Origin: Methylococcaceae bacterium
GTDB lineage: Bacteria > Pseudomonadota > Gammaproteobacteria > Methylococcales > Methylomonadaceae
Assembly: GCA_006844585.1 (NCBI GenBank)
Contig: SPJM01000340.1
Coordinates: 4,044-68,043, forward strand
Direction of reading: 5' to 3'
DNA length: 64,000 nucleotides
The position numbers were made by a program, and so were the translations under genes. Below the pieces are notes generated by a model. That model did no database searches. It was given only the letters and a program-made list of their open reading frames with translations, and was not told the DNA's origin. Shown piece by piece: positions 19,734 to 29,078 of this stretch; the stretch's first letter is position 1, and each line of letters starts with the position of its first letter.

Positions 19734-20210
19734 TTAGGAAAGGGTCGCGTATAACGCTATGCTTTCGATAACCTTTGATCTCGACGGTTTGCGTCTTACC
19801 GAAGTATAGCCGACGACTTTACCGCCTCTTATATTCGGCACCACAGTTGCTTTTACCCAATAAAACCCGCCATCCTTCCGCAGATTCTTGACTATCCCCT
19901 GCCATTTTATACCTTGATTTACAGTATCCCACAAATCCTTAAACGCCACCGAAGGCATATCGGGATGCCTTAAAATAGAATGCGCAGCGCCAATCAATTC
20001 ATCTTCCCGATAACCTGACATATCGATAAAAGATTGATTGACATGAGTAATAATTCCCTGAGGATTAGTCGTTGAAACTATCAACTTACCATCAGGATAA
20101 GGCGTCTCAATTTCTGAATAAAGAATCCTTCTAGGGCCAAGCTCATATAAATCTAATGTCGTTTCCCGGTAATCTCCGACTATGTCCTCCGCCTTCATAT
20201 CTAATATCAT
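19734..20210 (-). CDS. Stand-alone Aer-type PAS domain protein
   Basis: IVSTTNPQGIITHVNQSF...LRHPDMP..AFKDLW...WQGIVKNLRKDGGFYWV matches the FAD-binding PAS of Aer. Confidence 0.88.
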   Translation of the reverse strand: MILDMKAEDIVGDYRETTLDLYELGPRRILYSEIETPYPDGKLIVSTTNPQGIITHVNQSFIDMSGYREDELIGAAHSILRHPDMPSVAFKDLWDTVNQGIKWQGIVKNLRKDGGFYWVKATVVPNIRGGKVVGYTSVRRKPSRSKVIESIALYATLS

Positions 20211-20406
20211 CGTTCACCCCATGCCACAAGCTCTTCCAGAAATTTGACCGCCAAATAATGAAACCGACTAAACACAAAACCGGCAGCTCAATTAACTTAA
20301 TAACAAAATCAATTTCATTGCATAAGACAATTATAGTCAGAGAATTTAATACTTTAACCTTGCATGTATATAATTTTTAATTTAGGTCAATAATAAAGAA
20401 CAAAAA

Positions 20407-20769
20407 CTATAGCAATTCAGCAATATTTTCGGCAGCGCGCTTAACATCCAGAAAAATCAAACCCAATTTTGCATTAGGCTTCGCCATTACCGTCAACACA
20501 GCTTCATCACCGGCATAGGTCATCAAAACATAACCGCTATCGCCTTTAATCAACACTTGCTCCAAAGCGCCTCGACTTAATTCCTGAGCGGTTCTATCGC
20601 CTAAAGACAACATCGCGGCGCTCATCGCCCCAACTCTATCCTCATCCAATCCGGCCGGCAACACAGACGCCATCATTAAACCATCTGTGGAAATCACACC
20701 GGACGCTTCGATATCCGCAGAAGTTCCATTTAATTCCGTTAAAACGGAAGTCAACATATCGGCTCTCAT
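20407..20769 (-). CDS. Roadblock/LC7 domain protein (MglB/CvnB-like)
   Basis: VISTDGLMMAS...DRVGAMSAAMLSLG...LEQVLIKGDSGYVLMT...LGLIFLDVKRAA. Confidence 0.92.
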   Translation of the reverse strand: MRADMLTSVLTELNGTSADIEASGVISTDGLMMASVLPAGLDEDRVGAMSAAMLSLGDRTAQELSRGALEQVLIKGDSGYVLMTYAGDEAVLTVMAKPNAKLGLIFLDVKRAAENIAELL

Positions 20770-20823
20770 ATTTATACCCTTAATAAAAAAATAATCTCGA
20801 AATAAACAATTTAACTATCAAGT

Positions 20824-21462
20824 CTATTTGATAGCATAACTCATACTTAACGCCCAAATTAAATCAATAAATTGTTTTTGATTAAAATGCGGAATACCGG
20901 AAATTGCAATGACAAAACGATGCTTGCCGATAAAAATCGGCCAAAAACCGATTTGGCTATTGCCAAAAGCATCCACAATTGACCAAGCCTGACTACCCAG
21001 CCCCAAATTATTGAACAGCAAACCGGAACGACGCTTATGAACAATTCCCAGTTCGGCGCTCAATGCCGATAATTCTTCAGCTGTTTCATGGGTAAAGCCG
21101 CTACACGCTAAATAAAACCCCTGGTCATCCGCCAACAATACTTTACCGGTTTCAGATATGTTTTTTAACAGATCCGGCAAAATGTCTTCTAATGAGTTTT
21201 TGGGAGCGCTTAACGCTTTATCTATTCCTTGAACCCAACCTAATTTCTGACAATGGCGCAATAACTCCAATGCCTTGTCTTCATCTTCACCGCCGCTTAA
21301 CGCAATCATCTGCTCAACAGTTAACTTAGGCGTGACCGGCTGAATAAATAAATTATTCAGAAAGCGCCTGGTTTTATCCATTTTTTCAGTTGAAACAGCG
21401 TAATAAGCCCCGGAAGGCGTCGGCAACAAAAAAACATCTTTAGCTAGCTTTAGCGCCCCCAT
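20824..21462 (-). CDS. Hypothetical protein with a probable divergent C-terminal Roadblock domain
   Basis: VLLADDQGFYLACSGFTHETAEELSALSAEL parallels the Roadblock strand-turn-helix start; lies between the GTPase and Roadblock genes with 2-nt coupling to the GTPase. Confidence 0.6.
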   Translation of the reverse strand: MGALKLAKDVFLLPTPSGAYYAVSTEKMDKTRRFLNNLFIQPVTPKLTVEQMIALSGGEDEDKALELLRHCQKLGWVQGIDKALSAPKNSLEDILPDLLKNISETGKVLLADDQGFYLACSGFTHETAEELSALSAELGIVHKRRSGLLFNNLGLGSQAWSIVDAFGNSQIGFWPIFIGKHRFVIAISGIPHFNQKQFIDLIWALSMSYAIK

Positions 21463-21464
21463 AA

Positions 21465-22004
21465 TTACTCACCTTCCAGGTCAGGATCAATTGAATATAA
21501 TAGCGATTGAACCAATAAAGCCACATCATTTTTTCTTCTGGCATCCACTGAAAAAATAGGCGACTTAAGCCCTACGCCTTTGAGTTGCTGGTGATATTCG
21601 TCAATTGTCGGTCGATTACTCAAATCCATTTGGGTTACGCCTATCGCAACGCTAGTATCGCTGATAAACTGACCAAACGAATCTAAAAAAAACCTCATAT
21701 CCTGAAAGGGGTCGCTACGAGTGTTATCCAACAGCAAAATCAACCCTATTCCACCGGTAGTCAAAATATCCCACATAAAATCAAAACGCTCTTGACCCGG
21801 CGTCCCATATAAATGAATTTTATCGCCGTCATCCAAATTCATAACGCCGTAATCCATAGCAACAGTAGTCTCCGCTTTGCGACTCTTAGCCATATCGCTT
21901 GCAGAAGCATCCGTTTTGACTGGCGGAATATCACTAATTGAGTGAATTGCAGTCGTTTTACCAGCGCCTACAGGCCCTGTAAAAATAATTTTGTATTTAC
22001 TCAT
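21465..22004 (-). CDS. Small Ras-like GTPase, MglA/conservon CvnD type (ATP/GTP-binding protein)
   Basis: G1 GPVGAGKTT, G2 TTVAMDYG, G3 GTPGQERF, G4 variant TQMD, G5 DAR. Confidence 0.9.
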   Translation of the reverse strand: MSKYKIIFTGPVGAGKTTAIHSISDIPPVKTDASASDMAKSRKAETTVAMDYGVMNLDDGDKIHLYGTPGQERFDFMWDILTTGGIGLILLLDNTRSDPFQDMRFFLDSFGQFISDTSVAIGVTQMDLSNRPTIDEYHQQLKGVGLKSPIFSVDARRKNDVALLVQSLLYSIDPDLEGE

Positions 22005-22407
22005 TTATCCTTAAAACCCAAAAAAGAGCCCTGGTTTTCACTGGCCACCCCATCAAAAAAATATTGACGGTATTAAAATTCCTCACACTTTAGCAAGCAA
22101 TGCAATGAACCCATTGTTATTAAGCAAAGACTTAGGACTGAAGCGCTAATTTACAAACATTGAGCACAGCCGTTTAGTAAAAGATTTAAAAAGACAACCC
22201 GGCAAACAATAACATTTTTAAATCATAATGTTATTGATTACAAACAAACTGATTCAATTTTAAACAAAATATTTCTATCATAGCACAAAATAAATCTTTG
22301 CTCCCCCAAACCTATACCATCTGATGCTATCAAGTTTATCACACGAAAGTCGCCCGTCATTCGATCCTATCTAACGCCAACAAAAATTACATTCCCGCGC
22401 ACCGGAA

Positions 22408-23670
22408 TTACCCCTTCCTTAACTTACTTAAAATCTTACTAAACAAGCCTTTTTTTGGTTTGTTTCGCTTCGCTTTTTTGGTCTCAAGGATGACTTGCTC
22501 CTTGTTTTCCGCTTTTCTTACCACCTGCCCAATCAAACCTAAGGAATGACATGCGCTAATAAAAACAAACACATATTGCGGCTTAACATTTAACTGTTCG
22601 GATACTTCCAATAAAGTTTTTGGCTCGGAAGTTAATAAGGCGGCTATACGCAAAGCATGCGGGGTAACAACCAAGCGGGTAAAATTAGGCCATCGTTTAA
22701 GAAACACCGGCTTATTAATATCAACCCCTATAGGATAACGTCCTTTGGAGGTCCAAATCGCAACTTTCCATAAAAACCCATCCATACTATTAAAGTTTTC
22801 ATAGGCATTTTCGATCTGCAATCCCTCAGCGTTCACCGGAACCAAAGACATACTTCCGCCGATTGATTTATTGAGCAGCATGCCCGAAAAAGCTCTCAAT
22901 TGTTTTTCATCCGCATCTAACCAAATCTCTTCGGATTGCGGGAGTATGTATAATGGTTTCCAGCCCGATTTGAGCTGCACAACTTTAGATTTTGACTTGG
23001 CGATTTTAAAAGCCGACCTGACATACCCTTGAAAATAATGATTCGGATCATAATGTGCAACCAATACTTGCTTGCTATCATTAAAATCGATATCAGGCAA
23101 AATACCGATAAAAGCCGAAAAACCGCCTTCATTATATTGCCGGGCCGACTGATGCTTAAATGTTTTCTTAACTTCTTGACGGTTGATCTTTTTTTTATTG
23201 ACTTCCGTTAACGTTAATGGCTCTTGTTGATTTTTTTGCGGCTTATCAGCAAGAGAGCCTCCCTCATCATTAGTTGTTGTTGCTTGGAGCGCCCCTTTCA
23301 ATTTTGTTTTAGCAAACCGCTTTGCGGGAAATCGGCCTTTTGCTTTTTCCAAAGCCGTTATCATACTTTCCTTATTCACCGGTTTTTTCAAAATAATGAC
23401 ATCGGAGCCATTCATCATCTCCTTATGCCGCGACTCATCCAAAGTCATCGCAATAACAGGCTTTCCATCACCTTCTTTTTTTCTGCGGCCAAAATATGCG
23501 CGCGCCTTACTAAAGTCGGCGTCGATAATATCAACTTCGGCAACTTCAGGAGTCACTTCTACTGCATATCCGTTACAAGGCCCTTTTAAGAACATACCCA
23601 TCGTCTTGTGACTACGTTCATCCATTCCAAATAAAGCAACCTTGATGGGCATTTTAGTTTTTTGCTTCAT
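22408..23670 (-). CDS. Hypothetical protein: degenerate receiver-like N-terminus plus C-terminal winged-helix-like domain
   Basis: KVALFGMDE...AEVDIIDAD...IILKKP receiver-like; WPNFTRL...RIAALL...TLLEVSEQLNVKPQYVFVFISACHSLGLI wHTH-like. Confidence 0.6.
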   Translation of the reverse strand: MKQKTKMPIKVALFGMDERSHKTMGMFLKGPCNGYAVEVTPEVAEVDIIDADFSKARAYFGRRKKEGDGKPVIAMTLDESRHKEMMNGSDVIILKKPVNKESMITALEKAKGRFPAKRFAKTKLKGALQATTTNDEGGSLADKPQKNQQEPLTLTEVNKKKINRQEVKKTFKHQSARQYNEGGFSAFIGILPDIDFNDSKQVLVAHYDPNHYFQGYVRSAFKIAKSKSKVVQLKSGWKPLYILPQSEEIWLDADEKQLRAFSGMLLNKSIGGSMSLVPVNAEGLQIENAYENFNSMDGFLWKVAIWTSKGRYPIGVDINKPVFLKRWPNFTRLVVTPHALRIAALLTSEPKTLLEVSEQLNVKPQYVFVFISACHSLGLIGQVVRKAENKEQVILETKKAKRNKPKKGLFSKILSKLRKG

Positions 23671-24365
23671 GTTGACTGACTTCTAAAAAATTCATCGACT
23701 TGACCCCAAGCATCAACCATACCTATGTTATTTTGCAAAACGGACTCATACATAGCTCTAAATTTATGTTCATCACGGGTGGACTTGTACAGCTCTAAAA
23801 GTAAAACCTGAAAATCTTTTCGATCAGGCTGTTCCAAAATTCCTTTTTCCAAAATATCTATTGCGGAATCAAGCTGACTATATTCAATATAATCATTCGC
23901 CAAGTCCAAATAATCATGCTCCCGTCGGGTTGCTTCTCCAACTTGAACCAACTCTTTCATTCCTACCATGCCGCTGTAAAATATACAGTAAGGCGAATTC
24001 GGCAACACGCCAACCTTATGCATCAAATAGCTAATGAGTAAATTTCTTTGTTTATCCGGCAAAACGGTTTTACTACCTTTTACCATTCTAACCGCCAAAC
24101 CCCGCCCTTTGCCGTCCATCGTAGCCAGCAAATCGATCAAAGCTGCAAATAACTGCTCGGCAAGCTGATGCTTATGACAATAATAAACCCGTTGCAAATG
24201 ATGAACTAAATTGGCCGGATCACGACCAACCATATGTACTAAACTCCTCAGTTCATCAATATCCCCTTCATCATAGACAATCTTGCCTGGATCCATAAAG
24301 TGCCTTGACTCAGATTGATCATCATTATTTTCCTCATATTCAAACAAGCTGCAATTATCAGCCAT
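23667..24365 (-). CDS. Hypothetical protein with a FimV-type TPR-like C-terminal motif
   Basis: LDLANDYIEYSQLDSAIDILEKGILEQPDRKDFQVLLLELY resembles the FimV TPR; ATGA overlap with the next gene. Confidence 0.6.
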   Translation of the reverse strand: MADNCSLFEYEENNDDQSESRHFMDPGKIVYDEGDIDELRSLVHMVGRDPANLVHHLQRVYYCHKHQLAEQLFAALIDLLATMDGKGRGLAVRMVKGSKTVLPDKQRNLLISYLMHKVGVLPNSPYCIFYSGMVGMKELVQVGEATRREHDYLDLANDYIEYSQLDSAIDILEKGILEQPDRKDFQVLLLELYKSTRDEHKFRAMYESVLQNNIGMVDAWGQVDEFFRSQST

Positions 24366-24695
24366 ATTTTAACCCTTATGAATGCTTGAGAAAGCCGGTT
24401 TTAAACATCTTCTCGCATCAATTATGAAAGACCGTCTTCGCCCAAAACAAAAGCAGCCGGACTACAACAAAAAGACTCTTAACACGCTGGATTCTAGCAC
24501 AGAATAAAACGACCAATCTTAAGTTAAACTTAAGCTGTCAACTCATAACTATTTCATTATTTTAACAAACCAAATATGATTTCCGTATTTCACAATATAA
24601 CTGTAGTAGTTATTTCGATGCTGACAAAGTCAACCCGTAGAATCTTTGCGACTCTATGGAACGAGAATGAAATAACATCCGGAACTGGCGCAGGA

Positions 24696-24824
24696 TTTCT
24701 GTTCATATTCAACGACTGCAAGGATGCAGGAGGTAGAGCAACGCATGGAGCAGTTGCCGAGGCGCGGAAACAGGCGCATAGCAAGCTATGTAACTGTTTC
24801 CGCAACGCTGAAGATGGACAGAAA
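24696..24824. repeat. Nested palindromic intergenic element (REP/MITE-like)
   Basis: Outer arms tttctgttcatattcaacg / cgctgaagatggacagaaa; inner perfect arms gcggaaacag / ctgtttccgc enclosing catagc-aa-gctatg; central gcaggaggtagagcaacgcatggagcagttgccgag hairpins. Confidence 0.65.
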
Positions 24825-25011
24825 GATTAGAAAAGCTTTAGCGATTCTTATGCTTTAGTACAAGTCAGTTTCGGGTGTTATAAAATTCACGTTCCTTTGT
24901 TAATCAAGAATCTATGCGGAAACCCAAAACCTTCTTTGGCTCAGCCATAGTTGAAGTACAGAATGCGCGCCCGCTGTTATTCGAATTTCAGAAATAAAGT
25001 CATGAAAACCA

Positions 25012-26457
25012 TTATTCTTTCACAACCTCAACAGAAGATAAATTTAATATCCGTTTCATTTTTGCGGCGTATGCAGCCGCCTCATATTGTCTACCGAACC
25101 CGGTCACACGAAGTTGATACCAGGGCGTCCCTTTTTGTATGATTTTAATTACTTTTACAGGAACGCCTTTTTGCTCATACTCTATCGCCTTTCTATCTGC
25201 ATACCATTGTTGGGTATAAGCAATCAAATTAACCGCCCAAGAAGTTTTCTTTACCGCCGCGCGTATACGCCCGCCAGCCGTTTTTCTGCTATTTTCCGCC
25301 AACTGGGTAATTTGTTGCTGCAAAGCTTCTATCGCATCGCCTATATGCATATCTTGATCATTTAACTTATTGAGCTGTTGGGTGATCTTTTCTTCATCCG
25401 GCAAAGCGGGCTTAACATCCATTTGTTGGCTAAAATCATTTAATTCGGCCATTAACTTTTCAATCTTGTCATTTTGAGCTTTTAATTTTTCTTTTAAAGC
25501 CTGGATGACTTTATCATTATTTTTTGCTGTAATAATTTCAAAATCTTCTTCCAGACTGATCAAAGAGTCAGATAAAACGGTCGCTTTCGAATCAGCGCCC
25601 CAACCGATAATTCCCAACCCTAAAGCGACTAATAAAGCCAGCACCGCCAAGATGAGCGTTACATAAAGCAATGTCGGTTTTTTTTCTTCACTTGCTTTGA
25701 ATTGACGCCTAATCTTATCCAAATCAGTATTCAGTTGTGATAAGTTCTCATCCAAACTCGCCAAATTATCCGAAAGATCAACATCTGAAATCCGTAAATT
25801 TAATGTCTCAACTCTATTCTTTAAATCATTCACTTGTTGTCCGGAATCGGACTGAAATGCCTGAAATTGACTTTCCGTAATATAAGATTGATCCGGCGGT
25901 GACGGGCTGGTTTGCTCTACGTTGCGCTCACCCTCCGGTTCATCTTCAACAACTTCCTCATCCTCTGCAGAAATATCAAAATCCGCCATCAAGTCATCAT
26001 TTTGTACTTCTTCAGCCAGCTCCGGCTCACTTTCTAACAAGGCCCCATCCGGCTCTTCCAAATCTTCTGGGTCTTCAAATGTCGTATTCTCGGTCTCCTC
26101 TGCATTCGCTTGTTCGCTCGCAGCTTCATCATCTGCATCATCTGCATTCAGAGCCGCCAACAAATCATCTGCATCGTCGCCAAATTCATCAATCTCATCA
26201 TCAACATCGCTATTGTCTACCTCCTCCTCACTTACCGGCTCTTCCATGGGAGTATCAATCTCAGCAAATTCATCTTGTTCATCGGCTACATCGTCAAAAG
26301 CATTATCCATTAATAATCGATCAATGGCGTCTTCATCGTCTAACAATGAATCCTGTTCCGCATTTTGAGCCTCAATCTCCGTTTCATCCAACATTGAGTC
26401 TAAATCAGCACTCAATTGTTCAATTGCCTGTTTATTATCTTCTGTGGAGTCCGCCAT
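25012..26457 (-). CDS. Bitopic membrane protein: acidic cytoplasmic N-terminus, coiled coil, TM, C-terminal SPOR domain
   Basis: D/E-rich first ~190 aa; TM LLYVTLILAVLALLVALGLGIIGW; SPOR-like WAVNLIAY...WYQLRVTGF...AAAYAAKMK. Confidence 0.75.
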   Translation of the reverse strand: MADSTEDNKQAIEQLSADLDSMLDETEIEAQNAEQDSLLDDEDAIDRLLMDNAFDDVADEQDEFAEIDTPMEEPVSEEEVDNSDVDDEIDEFGDDADDLLAALNADDADDEAASEQANAEETENTTFEDPEDLEEPDGALLESEPELAEEVQNDDLMADFDISAEDEEVVEDEPEGERNVEQTSPSPPDQSYITESQFQAFQSDSGQQVNDLKNRVETLNLRISDVDLSDNLASLDENLSQLNTDLDKIRRQFKASEEKKPTLLYVTLILAVLALLVALGLGIIGWGADSKATVLSDSLISLEEDFEIITAKNNDKVIQALKEKLKAQNDKIEKLMAELNDFSQQMDVKPALPDEEKITQQLNKLNDQDMHIGDAIEALQQQITQLAENSRKTAGGRIRAAVKKTSWAVNLIAYTQQWYADRKAIEYEQKGVPVKVIKIIQKGTPWYQLRVTGFGRQYEAAAYAAKMKRILNLSSVEVVKE

Positions 26458-26680
26458 TTTTTTTACCGAATCAAAATTGATTAATAAATAAGGTTTACAT
26501 CTGCTCGTAAATTTTTAAAAATAAACAATATTCCAGAATTGAGTTATTAATAATTATAGCTTTTCAATATTAATTGTCGGCCTGAAACGATATTTCTTAA
26601 ATAGCTCGCGTTATCTTTTTGTATAGTGATAACTCGACAAAGAGAATGCCTGATAAAAACAACAACAAAATACACATCTA

Positions 26681-27208
26681 ATGCAGCTAGCAATTACGGC
26701 TTTAGGCAAAAATACGATTTGCTCACTGAATGACATTTTGTCAGTGATCAATAACTGCGGCTGCAGTATCGTTGAACTCAAAACATCTAACTTATCCCGC
26801 GCATCATCTTTGTATTTATTGAGTGAGGGTGATTGGAGCCAAATTGCCAAACTTGAACATTTACTTGAAAGTTTGAGTGATCGTCAAGAAATTCAAATAC
26901 AAACCTTCAGACCCATTGTCGATGAACGAATTTCAAATGAAGGCATACCCTACAAATTGGAGACGGTCTCGTTATTTCGTCATGACATCGTTCAGGACTT
27001 AATTACTTTTTTACATAGCCGCAACATTTATGTTGAAGAAGTTTTCGCCAATCGCTATCAAGCCGCCTATTTTCAAAGCCCTGTGTTTTCAACTAAGTTC
27101 ATTATTTCAATACCGGCTGAAATCCGAATATTATCATTTCGGGAAGAAATTCTTGATTTTTGCGATAATCTAAATTTGGATGCTATTATTGAACCTATTA
27201 AACATTAA
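26681..27208 (+). CDS. gcvR: Glycine cleavage system repressor GcvR-like (tandem ACT)
   Basis: LAITALG...NCGCSIVELKTSNL, second ACT-like half, FCDNLNLDAIIEP end; adjacent to bcp as in other gammaproteobacteria. Confidence 0.8.
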   Translation: MQLAITALGKNTICSLNDILSVINNCGCSIVELKTSNLSRASSLYLLSEGDWSQIAKLEHLLESLSDRQEIQIQTFRPIVDERISNEGIPYKLETVSLFRHDIVQDLITFLHSRNIYVEEVFANRYQAAYFQSPVFSTKFIISIPAEIRILSFREEILDFCDNLNLDAIIEPIKH

Positions 27209-27214
27209 AGTATT

Positions 27215-27688
27215 ATGAGCACCGTAACATTACAATCAACAATACCCGACTTTGAAAGCCCGGCAACCGGCGATCAATCCATAAAACTTTCCGATTTCCG
27301 CGGCAAAAAGGTCCTTCTTTATTTTTACCCCAGAGATAATACGCCAGGCTGTACTCAAGAGGGCAAGGATTTTGCTGCAAATTACCCGCAATTTGAACAA
27401 CTTAACACTGTTATTCTCGGAGTTTCGCGCGACAGCGTTAAAGTGCATGAAGGATTTAAATGCAAACACGAATTCCCTTTCGAACTACTCTCGGATAAAG
27501 ATGAATCGCTATGTCAATTATTTGATGTGATCAAAATGAAAAACATGTACGGAAAGCAGGTGCGCGGCATAGAACGCAGTACTTTTTTAATTGATGAGGA
27601 AGGCAAACTGATCCATGAATGGCGAAAAGTAAAAGTAAAAGTCCATCTCGAAGAAGTTTTACAAAAGCTTAAAGAATTAGGCTCTTAA
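27215..27688 (+). CDS. bcp: Bcp-type peroxiredoxin
   Basis: LYFYPRDNTPGCTQE, GIERSTFLID. Confidence 0.95.
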   Translation: MSTVTLQSTIPDFESPATGDQSIKLSDFRGKKVLLYFYPRDNTPGCTQEGKDFAANYPQFEQLNTVILGVSRDSVKVHEGFKCKHEFPFELLSDKDESLCQLFDVIKMKNMYGKQVRGIERSTFLIDEEGKLIHEWRKVKVKVHLEEVLQKLKELGS

Positions 27689-27821
27689 GTAATTCCTTTT
27701 TCACGACAACAACAGTTGCGCCAGGGTGTTCTTTCAAAGATTTTGCCGATAACAATACCGAATAGAACCTACACTGCGATCTTTGACGCGAACACCCGGC
27801 CGCAACGACGAATAAAAGCCT

Positions 27822-28916
27822 TTAATACATAATCTTTTTATCATCCATGCTCGGCCAAGCCGATAACACCGCTTTGACCAAAGTCGCCAAAGGAATAGCG
27901 AAAAACACCCCCCAAAATCCCCATAAACCGCCAAAAAATAAAATTGAAACAATGATGGCGATCGGATGTAAATTGACCGCTTCAGAAAACAATAAAGGCA
28001 CCAACACTACGCCGTCTAAAGCTTGAATAATCGAATAAGCGATCACCACATACATAAAAAGATCGCTGGACACTCCCCATTGCAGATAAGCAACCGCCAA
28101 CACCGGAAAAGTCACCAGGGTTGCGCCGACGTAGGGAATCACAACCGACAAGCCCATTAACACCGCCAACAACATCGCATAATTCATACCGATAGCCTTA
28201 TAAGCGATAAAGCTGACCAGCCATAAAATCAAAATCTCCAAAAATTTGCCGCGCACATAATTACCGATTTGCACATCGACTTCCCGCCAAACCCTCATGG
28301 TTAAATGTCTATCTTTAGGTAAAAATTGACTGAACCAATCTATTAACAAGCATTTGTCCTTCAGAAAGAAAAAAACCATCATCGGCACTAAAAATAAATA
28401 GACGATAGCGGCCACGACCCCCACCACCGATGCAGCCGACACCGAAATCAACTCCTGCCCATAGTCTATCAATTCTTGTTGCACCCGCGACATAAAATCA
28501 TAAATACCACTCTCGGTAAAAAACTGCGGATACATCACCGGCAATTTCATGATTTCCTGTTGAGCGCTTTTGATTAAGCGCGGAATATTTTCTACAAACT
28601 GAACTGCTTGTCCGGATACCATCGGCATCAGCACAAATAAAATGAAGCCCAAAGCCGCCATAAAGCCGAAAAAAACGATATAGACCGCCGGCATCCTCGG
28701 AATGCCTCTTTTCTCAACTTTAAGAACCAGGCCCTCTAATAAATAGGCTAAAATAATGGAAGCGAGAACCGGCATCAACAAACCGGACAATGAATAGATG
28801 AGCACGGAACCCACCAAAAGAAATACTGCTAAAACGACTGCTTGAGTATTGGGTAGAAAACGTCGAAAAAACTCTCGAATAAACTCGAAATTGGAAAAAT
28901 CGGTTGGTGTAGACAT
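27822..28916 (-). CDS. AI-2E family transporter (PerM-like)
   Basis: Multi-TM protein; YVRGK, IPYVGA, LDGVVLVPLLFSEAVNLHP motifs. Confidence 0.92.
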   Translation of the reverse strand: MSTPTDFSNFEFIREFFRRFLPNTQAVVLAVFLLVGSVLIYSLSGLLMPVLASIILAYLLEGLVLKVEKRGIPRMPAVYIVFFGFMAALGFILFVLMPMVSGQAVQFVENIPRLIKSAQQEIMKLPVMYPQFFTESGIYDFMSRVQQELIDYGQELISVSAASVVGVVAAIVYLFLVPMMVFFFLKDKCLLIDWFSQFLPKDRHLTMRVWREVDVQIGNYVRGKFLEILILWLVSFIAYKAIGMNYAMLLAVLMGLSVVIPYVGATLVTFPVLAVAYLQWGVSSDLFMYVVIAYSIIQALDGVVLVPLLFSEAVNLHPIAIIVSILFFGGLWGFWGVFFAIPLATLVKAVLSAWPSMDDKKIMY

Positions 28917-29078
28917 AAAAAATTATTTTGGCTGGTTATTGTTATTTTTATCGTTGGTATACTAAACCAGCCAACTTAAATTTTATATGTTTTTTTAAAT
29001 ATCTTGAAGGATAGGGACTCTTTCGACTTGGCCGCCCCCATCATCAACAATGTTAAATCTTAATTAAAACCGCTCAAT

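Noticed and set aside
24576-24830. Overlapping 84-aa and 71-aa ORFs
   Set aside because: They are read through the palindromic element and show no protein-like features or RBS.
25899-26480. Plus-strand Ser/His-rich ORFs (193, 148 and 67 aa)
   Set aside because: Antisense shadows of the low-complexity acidic region of the SPOR protein.
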